In this document: piece by piece, positions 1-13,579 of the stretch
Layout of the letters: every line of letters begins with the position of its first letter
How positions within the stretch are numbered: the first letter of the stretch is position 1
Source: Moniliella sp. 'wahieum'
Taxonomy: Eukaryota
Direction of reading: 5' to 3'
NCBI GenBank assembly: GCA_003971905.1
Contig: RSEE01000058.1
Coordinates: 186,001 to 250,000, forward strand
Length of the DNA: 64,000 nucleotides
Notes under the pieces: model-generated
Told to the model about the DNA's origin: nothing
What the model saw: only the letters and a program-made list of their open reading frames with translations
Database searches by the model: none
Translations under genes and position numbers: made by a program

Positions 1-307
1 CATTCGGGCCTCAGGGAATACCGGATAGCCTACAATCATAGACTTCCTTGGAGCCTTCCTTCGATTGCTCCCGCGATTGGGGGATGAGGGGGACGAAAGT
101 GCTCAACACGACTATAGTATACTACCTCAGGGTCTTCCAGAGTATCCTATCTCGTTTCCTCTAAGCCCGGCGATAGACGTATTCTGCTGCATATGCAGCT
201 TCTAATAGCTATATCCTTCCTCTTTCCCCTTCCCTACTGGAAAACTGGCGGTACCCGTGGAACACGCATAGATTCAAGGGACACGTATCCGAGGACGAGC
301 GGTAGCG

Positions 308-1794
308 TTAGCGGTCCACCTCGCCGAACACCAAGTCCATGGTGCCAATGATGGCGACCATGTCTGCCACATCGTGGTGACGGGAGATCATGTCGGCGCC
401 GGCGAGATGGAGGAATCCTGGGGCACGGATGCGGCACCGGTACGGCCGGTTGGTTCCGTCCGAGACAGGTAGACACCCATCTCGCCCTTGGCGCCTCGAT
501 CGCCGCATACGTTTCACCGGGCGGGACATTGAAGTTTTGGGAAAAGAACTTAAAGTGATGGATCAGGCTCTCCATGCTTTCCTTCATGTTGGCCCGGGGG
601 GGCGCGGTGAGCTTGTGGTCGTCGACCTTGACTTGACCAGGTGGCATCTTGTTGATGCACTGTTCGATGATCCGCAGCGACTGCCGCATCTCCTCCACCC
701 GGCACAGTACGGTCAAAGCAATCGCCATTCTTACCCACCGGCACCTCGAATTCCACCTCGCCAAACTTTTCGTGGCTGGCTCTTGCGCAAGTCCCATGGG
801 ATCCCACTTCCGCGCAACATCGGTCCGCTAAAGCCATAGTTCAGTGCCTGGTCCGCGGTTACCCGACCAATGCCCACCGTCCGCAGCTGCCAGATCCGGT
901 TGCCCGTCACCACTTCTTCCACCTCGTCCAGGCGCGAGCTAAACTGGGACGCCCAGACATGAATGTCATCCAGCAAGCCGACCGGGGTCAAGGCGACGCC
1001 ACCTGGGCGGAAGTAAGCGGCGTGCAAGCGCGCGCCACAGACGCGCTCATAGAATTCCATGAGCTTCTCGCGTTCCTCAAACCCCACAAGAAGGGCGTGA
1101 GACCACCAACGTCCATCACATGGGACAGGACCGCCATCAAGTGATTGTTGAGGCGGGAAATTTCCGAGTAGAGGGTCCGGATCCATGCGCCCGCTCTGGC
1201 ACCTCAATGTTCAGTAGCTTCTCCACCGCCCGGACGTAGCACAGCTCATTGGTCATGGCCGAGGAGTAATCCAGACGATCAAAGTAAGGCATGGCTTGAG
1301 TATAGTTCTTGTACTCGATCAACTTCTCCGTGCCGCGGTGCAAGAGCCCAACGTGCGGGTCGGCACGCAGGATCTCCTCGCCATTGAGTTCGAGGATGAG
1401 ACGCAATACGCCATGCGCAGCCGGGTGTGAGGACCAAAGTTGATGGTAAAGTGGCGCATGTTGGCTTCCTTGCGCGAACTGGCCTCCTTGTAGATCGCGT
1501 TCGACATTTCGATCGAGGCACGGAGAACAATGCGGTCGCCATATGGGTCATGGTCCACAGTGGTCGGGGTGGTGATGACAGGAATACGTTTATCGAAAAA
1601 CCCATGCTCCAGACGATGCGGGTTGGCGCTCCCGGGCGGCACCTCGTATTTCGGCAGGGCTTCTTCGTCATTGGCCGCCCGGGCGGACGACGCGAGGCGG
1701 CGGACAGGAACGCAGCGCGCCGCACCACGCTCGACCACGAAGGCGACGCGCACGCATGTGCACGCAGTGCGCTGGAGAAGAGCGAAGAGCGCAT
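308..1794 (-). CDS. NDUFS2: NADH:ubiquinone oxidoreductase 49-kDa subunit (complex I), mitochondrial
   Basis: Stitched ORFs give [86 protein letters not shown] and a C-terminal [12 protein letters not shown]. Arg/Ser-rich presequence [11 protein letters not shown]. Several frameshifts. Confidence 0.96.
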
Positions 1795-2885
1795 GGTCAG
1801 CAGCGGGGAACAGGAACGCTGCAGAGACCGCTGGGCTCGGCGTCGCCGTCGTCGTCGTGGGGAGAGCGGCGACGGGATGGGATGGGCGAGGGGATGGACA
1901 GGTGAAATGTGCACTGCTCAGGCTGAGCGCTGACCGATCGATGATCCTCCGCCGGCGCCTTCTGGCTTATTAATTCGGCCTGGGCCAGACAGGCCGCATG
2001 GCGCCAGTGCGGTGACGTGTGGGGTATATTGCTCCCATCTCGACCATCCGTCGGCTGTGCGCACGTATATGGATTTAGGAGCGGTGGTATATAGTGTCTG
2101 CCCACGATACACACGGCCAGCGGAGGCGTACTCGCTCGCATGTTGCCTGCACCCATGCTCTCATCTACCGGAGAACGATCCACGTCCCACACGCGGCTGC
2201 CGCAAGGCCGCATTCAAATTCAAGGATATCCCATGATGTGCAAAGCGAGTCTAAAACATACAGGTTGGGCTAGGACCTTGTGTCAGCAGGCCTCTGCCAA
2301 GAGTCCGTACAATAGCTGCCCGAGGTATACGCCAGAAGTTGGCAGGAGCAGCGTGGAAAAGGCTATGGGAGCAGGTGAACCGCCAGGCTTGCCTCTCCCA
2401 TCGCATCGGGCGCTAGAGGCGCGTTGGCCCACGTGCTTGATCGGGCGAGAAAAGGGTGTGTGTGTGTGCGGGGGGGTTACCTCGGACTGGGAGGAGGCAG
2501 CCAAGGAGAAGGGGATAGCGGACCAGCCGGGATGGGGGAAGGGACCAAGGGAGAAGGAGGAATGGGCGAGGCGGATGTCCTTCTTCCTCTCAGACTGGGT
2601 GGAGCTGAATCCGCATATCCATAAGCATCCACCACCCCTTCTTCGGCATAGACACATTCATCCCCCCCAGGGGCGTAAGGGGGGTCCGGGGGGGATTGAC
2701 TCCCCCATTGGGGGGGGCGCTGTTCCGGCTCATCAGGCCAATCGAGGGGGTGGGACGAGGGAGAGGCACTTGCCCTGGGCGGCGAGGAGGCTCCGCTGGC
2801 GTACCTACCCGATGGGGTTCGGGTAAACGATGAGGGGGCCAGTGCCAGGCCACTACCCTCCGACCCACCGGAAGGCCAGGCCTCG

Positions 2886-5300
2886 TCATAGTAGAATGCG
2901 GGCAGAGCAGTGTCGCGGTACGATGCATTCGGTTTCGCCCGTGTCATTTTCCCAAGGGGGCTCAGCGCCCCGAGCAGCCACGCTCACCTTGTCATCAGCC
3001 GGTTCGGGAGCGGGGAAACGCTTGGAATCAGGATCCAACTCTTCCTTGTCATCCAAGCCTTCCTCCTTGTCCCCCTCCTGACCTGCCGAGTTCCACCCCT
3101 TGTCGGGGGGACGTGGTGGGTTGCAACAACATGAGCGAAGTCACCGAGTTTTGACCCGGGACATGGGTGTGGTATCCGTACCCCCAATCGTCACTAACGT
3201 CCCCCTATTTTGATCTTCCATCTCCTTGTCCACCACGGGAGGCTGGGAACGTCGTGAATTCGCTCCAGAACGAAGTCTAGGGGAGAGAAGGGTTCTCCAA
3301 CTGGGACGGCCAGCGTCTCCAGAATTGTCGACCGAAGTATCGGACGATTCTCCGGGAAGGCTAAAGCTTCCTGCTCGGGCCGCCGTGGAGCGGCCAGAGG
3401 GGCACGGTAAACTTGAGGGGAATCAGAGGGCTTCTCGCTGAGTGGGTCATCGGACGCAGCAGCACCGCGATAAAAGCTGCCTGCGGAAGCTGTGGTTGAC
3501 CGAGCTGAGTTTTTGCGGTTTGTACCTGCAGCAGCAGTCGACTGAGCCGAAAGAGAGTGCTCCAGTGCTGCACGGCTGAAGGTGACTCTCGTTCGGTCCT
3601 TCGGAAGAGGTCTGGGACCGAGAGGAAGGGAACCCAGCCGTGCCGGGAACTGTGAGGTGGGTCCCTGACGGTGGAGGGGCCACTTCATCTTCCTGTACAC
3701 TGGCCAAAATGGGATGAACCCGGACCGGGTCGTCATACAGCTGATATCGAGCACATCCATCCGGCCCTGGCATGGCCGTCAGAGCGTCGGTGCTCCGGTC
3801 CCCGGGGAACGCATTGGAATGTCCGCTAGAAGAGGAGCGATGCGAGGTCCGCCGACTGCGTGCCACGCTGCGCGCACGAATGATGCTTCCCACTATACCA
3901 AGTCCCCCGCGTACGGTCTCTGGACCAGGTCAAGGGCCGCATCGTCGTCGTCCTCTGGTTGCCTCGCTCCACGTCGGAAAGGTAGGATGGATCGGGGGGT
4001 GGACTGCCAGGCCGGACCATTGCCTTTTCCTCCTCCCGATCACGGCGAACGTAGGACCGGCTGGCACGGAGTAGAAGGGTGGTCCTCCGGTCCACACAGG
4101 CTGCTTGGCTAAGTCCTTGGGGTCCAACTTGCTCAGCTGGAGAATGGTGATCCCAATGCAGATGGTGAGGAAGGCACAGACAATACTTGCATTCCTGAAG
4201 CGGGTGCGCCCAGACCCTTGTCCAGGATGATGGTGCTGACCAAGCTGCTAAACGTAAAAAGACATAATAGGTCGCTGTTGCATGGTCAGTGTTAGAATCC
4301 AAAAAAAGAGAAGGACGTACGAGTGACCATGGCGGTATTGAACAGTTCCAGCGCCTTGTTCAGGAAGATGACCTCGGTGACAAGGGTAACCGCGACAAAG
4401 ACAAGGAGAAGTAAACAAACCAATGTTTCATCTGGTTGTGTCCTTGGATGGAGAGAAGAAGAGCGCCCCCCAAGCCAGTTGTGACGCTGACGCTTAGACC
4501 GCCAATGATGGAGCAAATGGAGATGTGGACCAGCATGTGGTCTTGCCCCACCGGGGTACAGCAAAGATGATAAGCAAGATGGTAGCCACCACACTGAGCC
4601 CAACCCAAACCAGAAACCCAGGGGCAATGAACTGGTGCATGAACTCCTCGATCCGGCCGCTGCTGGTGTGGGAAGGGGCGTTGAGAGCGATGGTGGTAGA
4701 GCCAAGGATGCAGAGTGCACAGCCCAGCCAGCCAAAGAGGGAAGCTTTTCCTTCAAGATGAGAGAAGACAGGATGGCGCTGATCACGACGCTCAGTGCGC
4801 CCATGGGGGTAACAATCACCGCGTCTGCAAACGAGTACGCTCCCAGATTACACAGCTCGCCCAGGATCATCAATGTCATTCCGCACCACCATCGGGCCGA
4901 CTTGAGATAGGACATGCCTTCGCCCGGGGTGGTCTGGTACTTTTTCTGTGCGGCGAGCAGGCCGAGTTTTTTGATAACAAACGAGAAGCCAATGAGCACG
5001 CCACTTGAGATGGCCAGCACCAGGCCGACATACTGGAACCAGGAGGGGTTGGCGGCGCCATTCGAGTTGGCAGGCTGGCCCTGGGCGACGTTGGTCGCGA
5101 CGCGCTGGGCGGAGGACAAGGCGCTGCTGGCGGAGCGCATGGCAGACGAGGCGGAGAGCTGGGCGGCGCTGGCGGAGGACAGGGCGCTGGCCGAGGAGGC
5201 CGAGAGCTCGGCGGCGCTGCTGGCGGCGCGGGCGACATGCTGGGCATGGCTGGCCGCCGTGGCGAGGGGGTGCTAGGGGGCAGAGGCAAGGGCAAGACGG
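2886..5300 (-). CDS. NIPA-family (DUF803) magnesium transporter with long low-complexity C-terminal tail
   Basis: VGLVLAISSGVLIGFSFVIKKLGL, YLKSARWWCGMTLMILGELCNLGAYSFADAVIVTPMGALSVV, ICSIIGGLSVS, LNKALELFNTAMV. Short intron with GTACGT donor at ~4275-4320. Tail includes GSIIRARS and RYQLYDDPV. Both ends are approximate. Confidence 0.88.
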
Positions 5301-5880
5301 CCATCGCACCCGCAGGTCCATGCAGCACCAGTGGGGGGGTGGGGGTGGGGGCGAGGGGGGCGAGGGGGCGAGGGCGTGGCGGAGGGGCGGGTGCTGGCGG
5401 GGTGCTGGAGTGGGGCTGGTGGGCCATGCCATCGTGCTGGGCACGCGGCGAGCAGGAGGGCGTGGGTGTCTCGGGTGCTGGGCGGGACACTGCGCTGGTG
5501 CGCTTGTTGCACCACCTTCCACATAGAGCGCTGGGCCAGCACTGCCCCCGTGCGGCAGGCCCCGCCGGCAGTTTTGCGGTTGTGTTTTGCTGTGCTCTCG
5601 GGCGAGGCATCACGCGGACATCACATGTCACACATCACCCGCTGCTCACGCTTGCACCGCACCGATCGCCAGCACCGCCCACGACATGTCGCTCCCGTCT
5701 GTCGGTGGACGCACCGCCATCCTCTCCCTTCGATGTCGGCACACCCTTGCCTACCACACCTTTCCAACCACCATCCTTACACCTTCGTTACCACCACTTT
5801 ACCACCCTTCCCACACCTTCCCTACCACCTTCCCTCCCACCGTCTTGCGCCAGCTCACACATGCATCCATTCCCTCCACA

Positions 5881-8491
5881 CTACAACAGCGCCTGCAGCT
5901 CGTGCCGGCCATAGTCGTTCGCTCGTCGACAGCTCCTGCATGTTGGGGTAAAACGGCACCAGTGCCGCCTGGGCGCCGAGGTAGTTGGTTGTAGGTGCGG
6001 ACATAGATGCTGCGCACCTTGCGTGCGGATGGAACAGGCCCTGGAGCGTGTAGTTGAGCAGTACCCCGGTCCCAGTGCCACGCGCATCGCCTCGACCGCT
6101 TCCATCACCGCCCCAATCACATGCGGCGACAGCTCAAAGATGGGGCCAGACGAGGTTGAGCAGATGCTGCATCGAGTCTCTTGCCCTAGCCCAGCCACGC
6201 CCAGGCCAAGTGCTGACAATCGACGCTGCCGTCTGGCGGTGCACGTGGGCCGGTCCGTCAACGCATCCTCCAACGCACCCAGCACCGAGGTAGACATAGT
6301 CCTTGCCCATCTCCCAACTCAAACACGAACGACAGCGCCTTCAGCACCCCGGTCCGGACGTTCAACTCCGGTTGGCGGCGTACTCGTTGAGCAGGTACGG
6401 AATCGTGATAAACGGTCCTGTAGTCTCGGCTACAATCGCAATCGCCACCGTTGAGCACACGCGCGACTGACGTTCCTGAACCCGCAAGTTGGTAAGCAAG
6501 ACTGTAGTATCGTTTGGGCCCGATCGCCTTGGCAATGACCCAAAACTGTTGACCGCCGCCCGACGAATGGCTGTTTGTGGGCCTTGAGCAGATCAGCAGC
6601 TCAAAGCAAATCCGCATCCATTCCGCGCGCCACGTACTCTGCACCCCGATCGGCAATCCGACCAATCAACTGGATCGAGGCCTCCTGTACCTTTTCGTGT
6701 CGATTGCGCAGAATCGGGGTCATACTCGGCAACAGATCCTTGATTGGCGGCTTCATCTCCGTCATGCCCAACACATTGGAGATGGCAGTGATGGCAGTGA
6801 TGATCGATGCGAGCGCTTCGGGAACTCTTCTCCAATCTCCTCAAAGAGCACCACGCCTAGAGACCCAGCACTTCGTCCTCATACACAGCTTCTACCACGG
6901 CCAATTTGGCTACCAAATCGGCGGCCTGCTGGCGCGTTTTGGGGTCCTTGTGTTCAACCGCCATTGAATCATGGCTGATAATTTGCGGGAGGTAAGGCTT
7001 GATACGGATTCCAAGCGAGTGATCACTGTCGCCGCAATACCATCGAGCATCGTGCTGTCCTCAATCGTCTGTTCTTGGAAGGCAAACGTCAACCCATCCA
7101 CCAGCTCCTCTTCTAGACGCTGGTCAATATCCGCTGCTCCCAAGTTGCCCACCACTTTATCGATCGCCTCCACCACAATCTTGCGGAACGGCTCGTTCTC
7201 ATCTTTCAGGTCCGGCGCAATCCGTCCCACATCTCGACACACCCACCTTGTTGGCCAGCTCGACCGTGGTAGTAACCACCGCGTTGCGTCCGCCGGTCGA
7301 TCGCCAACCGACGTACCCAACAACGCTTTGAAAAACTCAGGCATCAATTCGGCCTTGAGGAACTGGCCGGTGACGCCGTCGGTTGCTGCACATTGCTGGA
7401 CGACTGGAGAACGATCCGACGCAATCTCGTCGTCGCCGAGTGAACTCGCGCACCAGGACCGAGAGAGTTTCCTTGACGAACGGCAACGCCGTGTCGGAGT
7501 CCATGAGGGAATGATGTAGCCAAACGCACGAAGGAAAGCGGCCAAAACTCTTTTTGCTGCTCTGCTCCACCCCTTCCAGCAAAGGCTTGAGCACCCCTTC
7601 AAAACTTTCAATCCCATACGGCGCTGCGGCCTCGGCCAACGCCGAGAGCGCTAAGGCGGTCATCGTCTTGACCTTGTTCTGCTCGTCCCGCAGCCCAGGC
7701 TCAATACAGTCCACCAAGTTTTTGAGGTGAGGCAGAATGGCGCACCCGGAAAGGATGGCGATCTGCTGGACAATGCGTGTCCCAGTGTGGCGTGCTTCCC
7801 AGCTCCGTTTCGACCGACACACAGCCCTCAAAAAGGGGAGCAGGGCCGGGATGCCCAAGGCAGAAGCCACGACACTAAACGCACGAGCGGTCGTGTTGCG
7901 TACATACTCGTCTGCTGAATCAATATCGGGCCGCATCTCCTTAATCATATGGCCAACCCTGCGGCCTTGGAGAGATTGCTGATGATTTCCTTGCCTTCAA
8001 TCCGCGCATACCGGTCTCCTCAATCAACAGCGGTTCGATCACAACTAAGATCTCGTGCACGTGGGGACGGACGAGATCATCCAGCTTGTTCAGCACACGA
8101 TCCACCACCTTGACAAGCAAGTGCCGTTCTTGGTCCTCCAACGAACGTTCCATGAGCAAAGGAAGGATGCGGTCAAACAACGCCTTGGCCCCAAACTCAC
8201 GGGACCGGTCGGTGAGCTGGCGCAGGGCAACCTTACGCATGGCAGGCGTACCGTTCTTGATCTTGAGCAGACGCATGATTTTCCGTTCCTTGAGTTCCTC
8301 CATCGATAGACCTTCCTCCTCCCCTGTAGCCTTGAGGATCTTGCCAAAATGGTGTGCGTCCTCACCCCTGAGCGAAACCTGGCCCACCCCATACACGTCC
8401 GTCGGCAACTCGGGCGCCAAGTCCAACACCGCCCGCCGCGCCGCCGTATCGTCCGACATCATGAACCCCCCCGTAGACGTGCTAGCACGGG

Positions 8492-8522
<31 letters not shown>

Positions 8523-9467
8523 GCGTGCTCGTGCGCTCAGTCGGTTCTCCTCATACCCAGGAGGGGGCGTGACGATTTCGTACCCCTCGGAAGGCAGCAA
8601 AGCGTCCAACTCCTCATCCGTCATGCCACCCACAGCCACGACGGGCGGTGCGGACTCGGAGACGGGGGCAGCGTCCCACCTCGACTTCTTTTCGGGAGCA
8701 GAGGGGGCCTGTGGTTCCTTGGCTACGTCAGCAGGCGTGTCGTCCCACCTAGACCGACGCTTCTTGCGAGGGGCCTCCTCCTCCGTCTTGGCTGCAGGTG
8801 CAGCGGTGGGTTCGTCCCGGCCAGGTCCCAGCGACGCTTGCGTTGTCCCGGTTCGGGAGGGGTAACTTCCTTTGTAGCAGCGGGCACCGATATGGCGGGG
8901 GGCGTGTCCTCCCGCTTCCCATCCCACGGTGGGTCACGTCGCGGTCATTCCGGGGTGGCGTCGCAGGCCGGGAAGGGCAGTACCTTTGCCCATGCTTCTC
9001 GTTCGGCCTTGTCAGCAGCTTCTCGTTCCCTGTGGCGCAGGATCTGCTTGACGCGTGCCTCCTCGCGCTCCACATCGGCCGTGCGCATGGCCGTGGCATA
9101 GTCCATGTTGCCCGGGCCTAAGGTGCGGTCGCGAAACGGCGGCGATGGTAGTCGGATTCGCGGTTGGCAATCACGTTTTGAGATACGTGGCCAGCAAGTG
9201 GGTCCTCATCGTCGTTGGCAAACTCGTGGATGAGGTGGGCAGGCGACTGAACTTGTCCACGGGGTTGCTGCCGGCGTGGGCGCGGCGGCTGTCGTCCTCG
9301 TCGTCGACCTGGTCGGCATCGTCAGGGAGCTCAGTGACGTAGTCGGAGCGACGGGAGCCGCCATAGATGTCCTGGTCAAACGCAGCGCCCTTGCCGAATG
9401 CGAGCTTGGTGCGGGCGCCATTGGGGGGGGCGAGGGAGCGCGCCGAGTCCGAGTCGCCGCCAGGCAT
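5881..9467 (-). CDS. SF3B1: U2 snRNP splicing factor 3B subunit 1 (Hsh155/Prp10)
   Basis: KRRSRWD (ULM-type) repeats, [95 protein letters not shown]. Multiple frameshifts. Confidence 0.97.
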
Positions 9468-11767
9468 GGGTGCGATGGTGGGTGTCGACGAAGCAGCGGC
9501 CAGGCCTCTGGCCTTTTGGCTGAAGGCTGAGGTAGCAGGGTGGCGGTGGCAACGAAAGCAGACATTCAATTTCAGTTTTCATTCGGGGTGAAATTTGAAA
9601 TTGGGCAGTGGCGGACCGCCATTCGGCCATCGGCTGTGGCCCCTGCATGTGCGCGCGAAGAATGGTGGTGGATCAGTGCAGTGGATGGCTGCGCACTGGG
9701 CGCTGAGGAGAGGCGGTTAGAGGGGAGGCGCATCGACATCAACAAGGGAAGAAAAAAGAGAGGTTTGCGGCCTTGCAAGACTGTCGCGCGCTTTCAGGCA
9801 AGCTGCCCCCAAGCATGGCACTGTGGTCCACAGAAGACGTGCGATTGAGGCCGGCCTGGCAGAGTGCGCAGCAGAACTGCCTCCTCCGTCTGTCCCTGCC
9901 CTCACAGGCAGGACCACCGCACCAGACCACTTACGTGGACGAACTAAGCACGCTGTGCAGACGCGCCGTTCCCCACCACCTCAGTCCTTCCCTGGCAGCC
10001 CAACTAAGACAGGGCGCACAACAGAAGACCGCATTCCCAAGGTACAGCCATCACAGCTGGCCTCCCCCTCATTGAACACCGACGCCTCCTACCAATTTGC
10101 ACATGCGTCGCCACGTGAAAAAATATAATCAGTGTTGCCTTACCAATTAACGTCGGATCCCCAGGCGGCTGTACTATGGGCAAAAGAGAGGCTGGTTCAA
10201 CAGTAGGATATCCTTGTCCTAGGAGAACTATAATCAGGGGGGGATTGCCCCAATCCACCCAGGGCCTAAGCCGCTTGTTCAGCAGAACAGCCAGTACAGC
10301 AGCGCAGCAGGCCTCACCACTGTCCTGTTTCCATGATGGCCGCTCATGCATCATGGCCGCATGACGTTCCTCGCGTTCGCCATGGGGGTCCTGTATTGAT
10401 CGTTCCGATGCATCATGCCCCCTTATTACCCTCGTGAGCTGCGCTGCTATGGGAACGGGTCAGGTGTTTTGCATGGAGAAAAAGGCGCGCACTGCGCCTT
10501 CCTACTGATCCCCCCGCGTCATCGTCTATCGGGAGGTCTATCCAACCCAAGAGGCGCAAGACAATATGATGATACACTTGCTCCATCTGCGCTATAAACA
10601 TTTTCAGAGGGCAGCGGACGCGTATGGCCACAACTGTGACGCTGCCAGTTCACGTTGTGCCCTTCGCCCGCTCGGTTCAACGCATCGAAGGTCGCCTTCT
10701 CGGAACGAGAAGCGCACCAGGTGTTGTGTGCCGTGGTCGATGGAAGGCACGGTATGGATACTGGTGGCCGTGCGGTAGTCGCTGGCAGCAGCACATTGCA
10801 ACGGGGGGCGCGATGGGTCGATGGGGGCAGGTGGTAGAGAGAGAGCTTGAGAACTGCCAGCCGCCTCACATGAGCACGAGGCCCCCTGGACCAGGCCCCC
10901 AGATCTGCCATCGGTGATCTGGATGATCGCACCGCGGGGCCCGACCTGACGTAAGCAGGGCCTGGCGCCCTGGTGGAGCGGGCGGCGAGCCGTCGCTGCT
11001 GCTGCTTCGACAGACACAACGTCGAACCCCCTGCTCAGGCCGCATCCTCACCGCTGTGCTCGGTCGGTTTGGCTTGCGCCGCCGCGAGCAGACGCAGCGG
11101 ATGGGATGGGAGTGTGCCCAGCGACCACTGCACATCCTCCCCGCGGCAGCAGGGGCAGAGTACTTGCCCAGCCGCCCATTCTGAGCTGGCCCGGGCGGCG
11201 CGGGGAGTACGTTGGGTCCGCACTGGGTGTGCCTCCGTCAGGCTCTACCAAGTGTGGGTGCTGGCGCACGTCCCCACGCCTTCTCCACCTGGGCCTCGCC
11301 TTGTTCCGGCGGCCACATGCTCCCCATTTACTTTCGTTTTCTTCTGATTTGCTTCCCCCCCCTTTTTCTCCTTTGTCTTTCTTTTCTTTTCTTTTCTTTT
11401 CTTCCCAGCCTCACCCCGCCACAAACGCCCCCATCAACGCGTTGCCACACCCTTCTTACCCTTGTTTTCCCCACCGGTAGTCTTCCCAGCCCCACCGTGC
11501 ATCGCTCATCGCTCGACCAGCCGTGCTCAGCTCCCGCCTCCCTCGGCGTTTCCCCGGTAGCCGTAGCCCCACAGCCCCACCGGCAGTCCACCAGGGTCCA
11601 CCGGGGCAGGTGAGGGGGGATACACGCGCTAAACCAGCTTACCTTACCCTCGGTGCGTGCCCCCGCATCGGCAATGAGGTAGTGTACGTGAGCTAGGCTA
11701 TGCATGTTGTGAGATAAAGCTTGGAGCCGGTCCGTGCGGGCAGGCCCTGGTCCGGTGGGCAAGGGTA

Positions 11768-13146
11768 ATGCGGTATGTACTTAAAAGCGCCAGCGGGACG
11801 CCTCTAGGGGGAGGAGGAGGGGGCGAAGAGACCAAGTTGCTTTCGTCTCGTTTCGTTCGGAAGCACGGTGAAGCGCTCTTGCACCATGTCGGCCACGGTA
11901 CTTTCGTTGGGCCCCGCTACCAACTTTCTGGCGCCGCTGCAGGCGTACCTCATCGACCTCAACTCTCTCCAGTCGGAGGGGGGGGGGAAGGACTCAAAGC
12001 CCAAGCTGCCTGGGGCACGGTGAAGATGGGGGCGAACGAGGTGGTGGCGAGGTGGGTGAGTGGAGTGACTCGTGGGGGGATGGCCTCGGTGCTGGGTACT
12101 GGGGTGGAGCCAGAGCCGGAACCAGAACAAGGCACAGGAACAGGAACAGGACCTGAACTGGGACCAAGGCCGGGGGAGGGTACGGTCTCGGTGCCCGATG
12201 TGCAGCTCCCTTCGCCGTTGGACACGGCTGACTCGTCGCTCCACCCGCTGTTGCGCCACCTCGGCACAGTACTTGAGCATCCGACCGTGCAGGCCGGCAC
12301 CAAGGCGCTTACCCTCCGCGGCAAGGAAGGACGTCAAATGGTGGTGCGGGGTTTGTATGGCGTGGTGGGGGACGGAATGGGAGCGAGTCAAGTGGACGCG
12401 TTACTGGCTCGGTTGGATGCGCGCCTCGCTGGCACTTCCCGCGTGGTAGCCTCGGCCGAGAGGGTTGTGGTGCAGTTGGTGGTCAATGCGCTGAGCAATT
12501 TGGTCCAGTTGGGCGTGATGGCCTACAGCAACGCTCCGCCCCGAGCCAAGTGGGGCGCAGTGGCCACTTTGTTGGCGATGCGAGTGGTGCGCTTGGCAGC
12601 AGTGTGGACCCCAGTGGTGGTCCTGCTGGGGCACAAGGTACCGAAGGAGTTACGGGGTATGTCTACTATTGTCTCCCTCTCCATCCGACCAGTGACACTT
12701 TTGCCCCATTCTTGTTGTGGTGGGAGAAAGGTGAAAAGCCACTGACTGACACACACGCCGCCTGCTGACTTCTCCCTGACTGCATCTGCTTTTTTTCGCC
12801 ACCGCTGTTGTCCACCACCGACACAGCACTTTTCCTAGGCGCCGTTCGGTTCGGCATGGGAGTGTACATCAATGTACTTACCAAGCAAGCGTATGTCCTA
12901 TGTCACTAGTCACTGCTCTCCACTCCCTCCCCCCTGCTCCTCGAGTCCATGCTGTGATATTAACAGAGACTAAAATCCCGTCGAACCACCAACAGGTACG
13001 ATCGTCAGCGTCGCCGTGAGCTGGAGGACGAGACGAAGCGGCTTACTGAACCCAAGGCGTTGCCTGGCCCCTCGATTAGCACTGTTATTGGCGTCAGTGA
13101 CGGTTCATTGCAGGACTTGTCCGGTTCGTGGGTTGGTAAGGACTGA
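11768..13146 (+). CDS. Hypothetical protein with hydrophobic C-terminal segments
   Basis: 325-aa ORF, then two GTATGT...CAG introns (~12657-12826, ~12891-12995). Splicing gives ALFLGAVRFGMGVYINVLTKQA|YDRQRRRELEDETKRL...SWVGKD*. Family not recognised and start uncertain. Confidence 0.5.
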
Positions 13147-13579
13147 GGGCCTTTAACCCCATCATGGCAGCTCCGCCGTCAGTACATCCTCTGTCATTGA
13201 CTTATCGCGCTCTCATTTTTGGTGGGATCCTTCTCTCCCTCTTCGAACCTCTTTCCCTCATCGATCCAAGGAGAAAAAGGATGTTAAGAATCAAAACCAG
13301 ATCCCCTGTTCCAGCCTTCTGGACGCGAGCATCCGCTTCGACTACTCAAAAATAGCCCTTTCTGGGGATTTCTATATGCCGGACAGCCTGCAGCTCGATG
13401 CGAAAACAGATTGTTGGCGGTTTCTTATGAAAACAGGGTCTGATGCTCCGTCACGCGCACGACGGCCCGCCGGACTTGCACATCCATAGGAAATAGCAGA
13501 TAGATACTCGCTCCCCTTCCCTCCTCTTTCCTCCCCACCGCTCTGTCATCTCGTCCCGCAGCACGGGGGGGGGGGGGAC

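Noticed and set aside
9650..11760. Numerous 60-170 aa ORFs between SF3B1 and the hypothetical gene
   Set aside because: No recognisable motifs, and such ORFs are expected by chance at this GC content.
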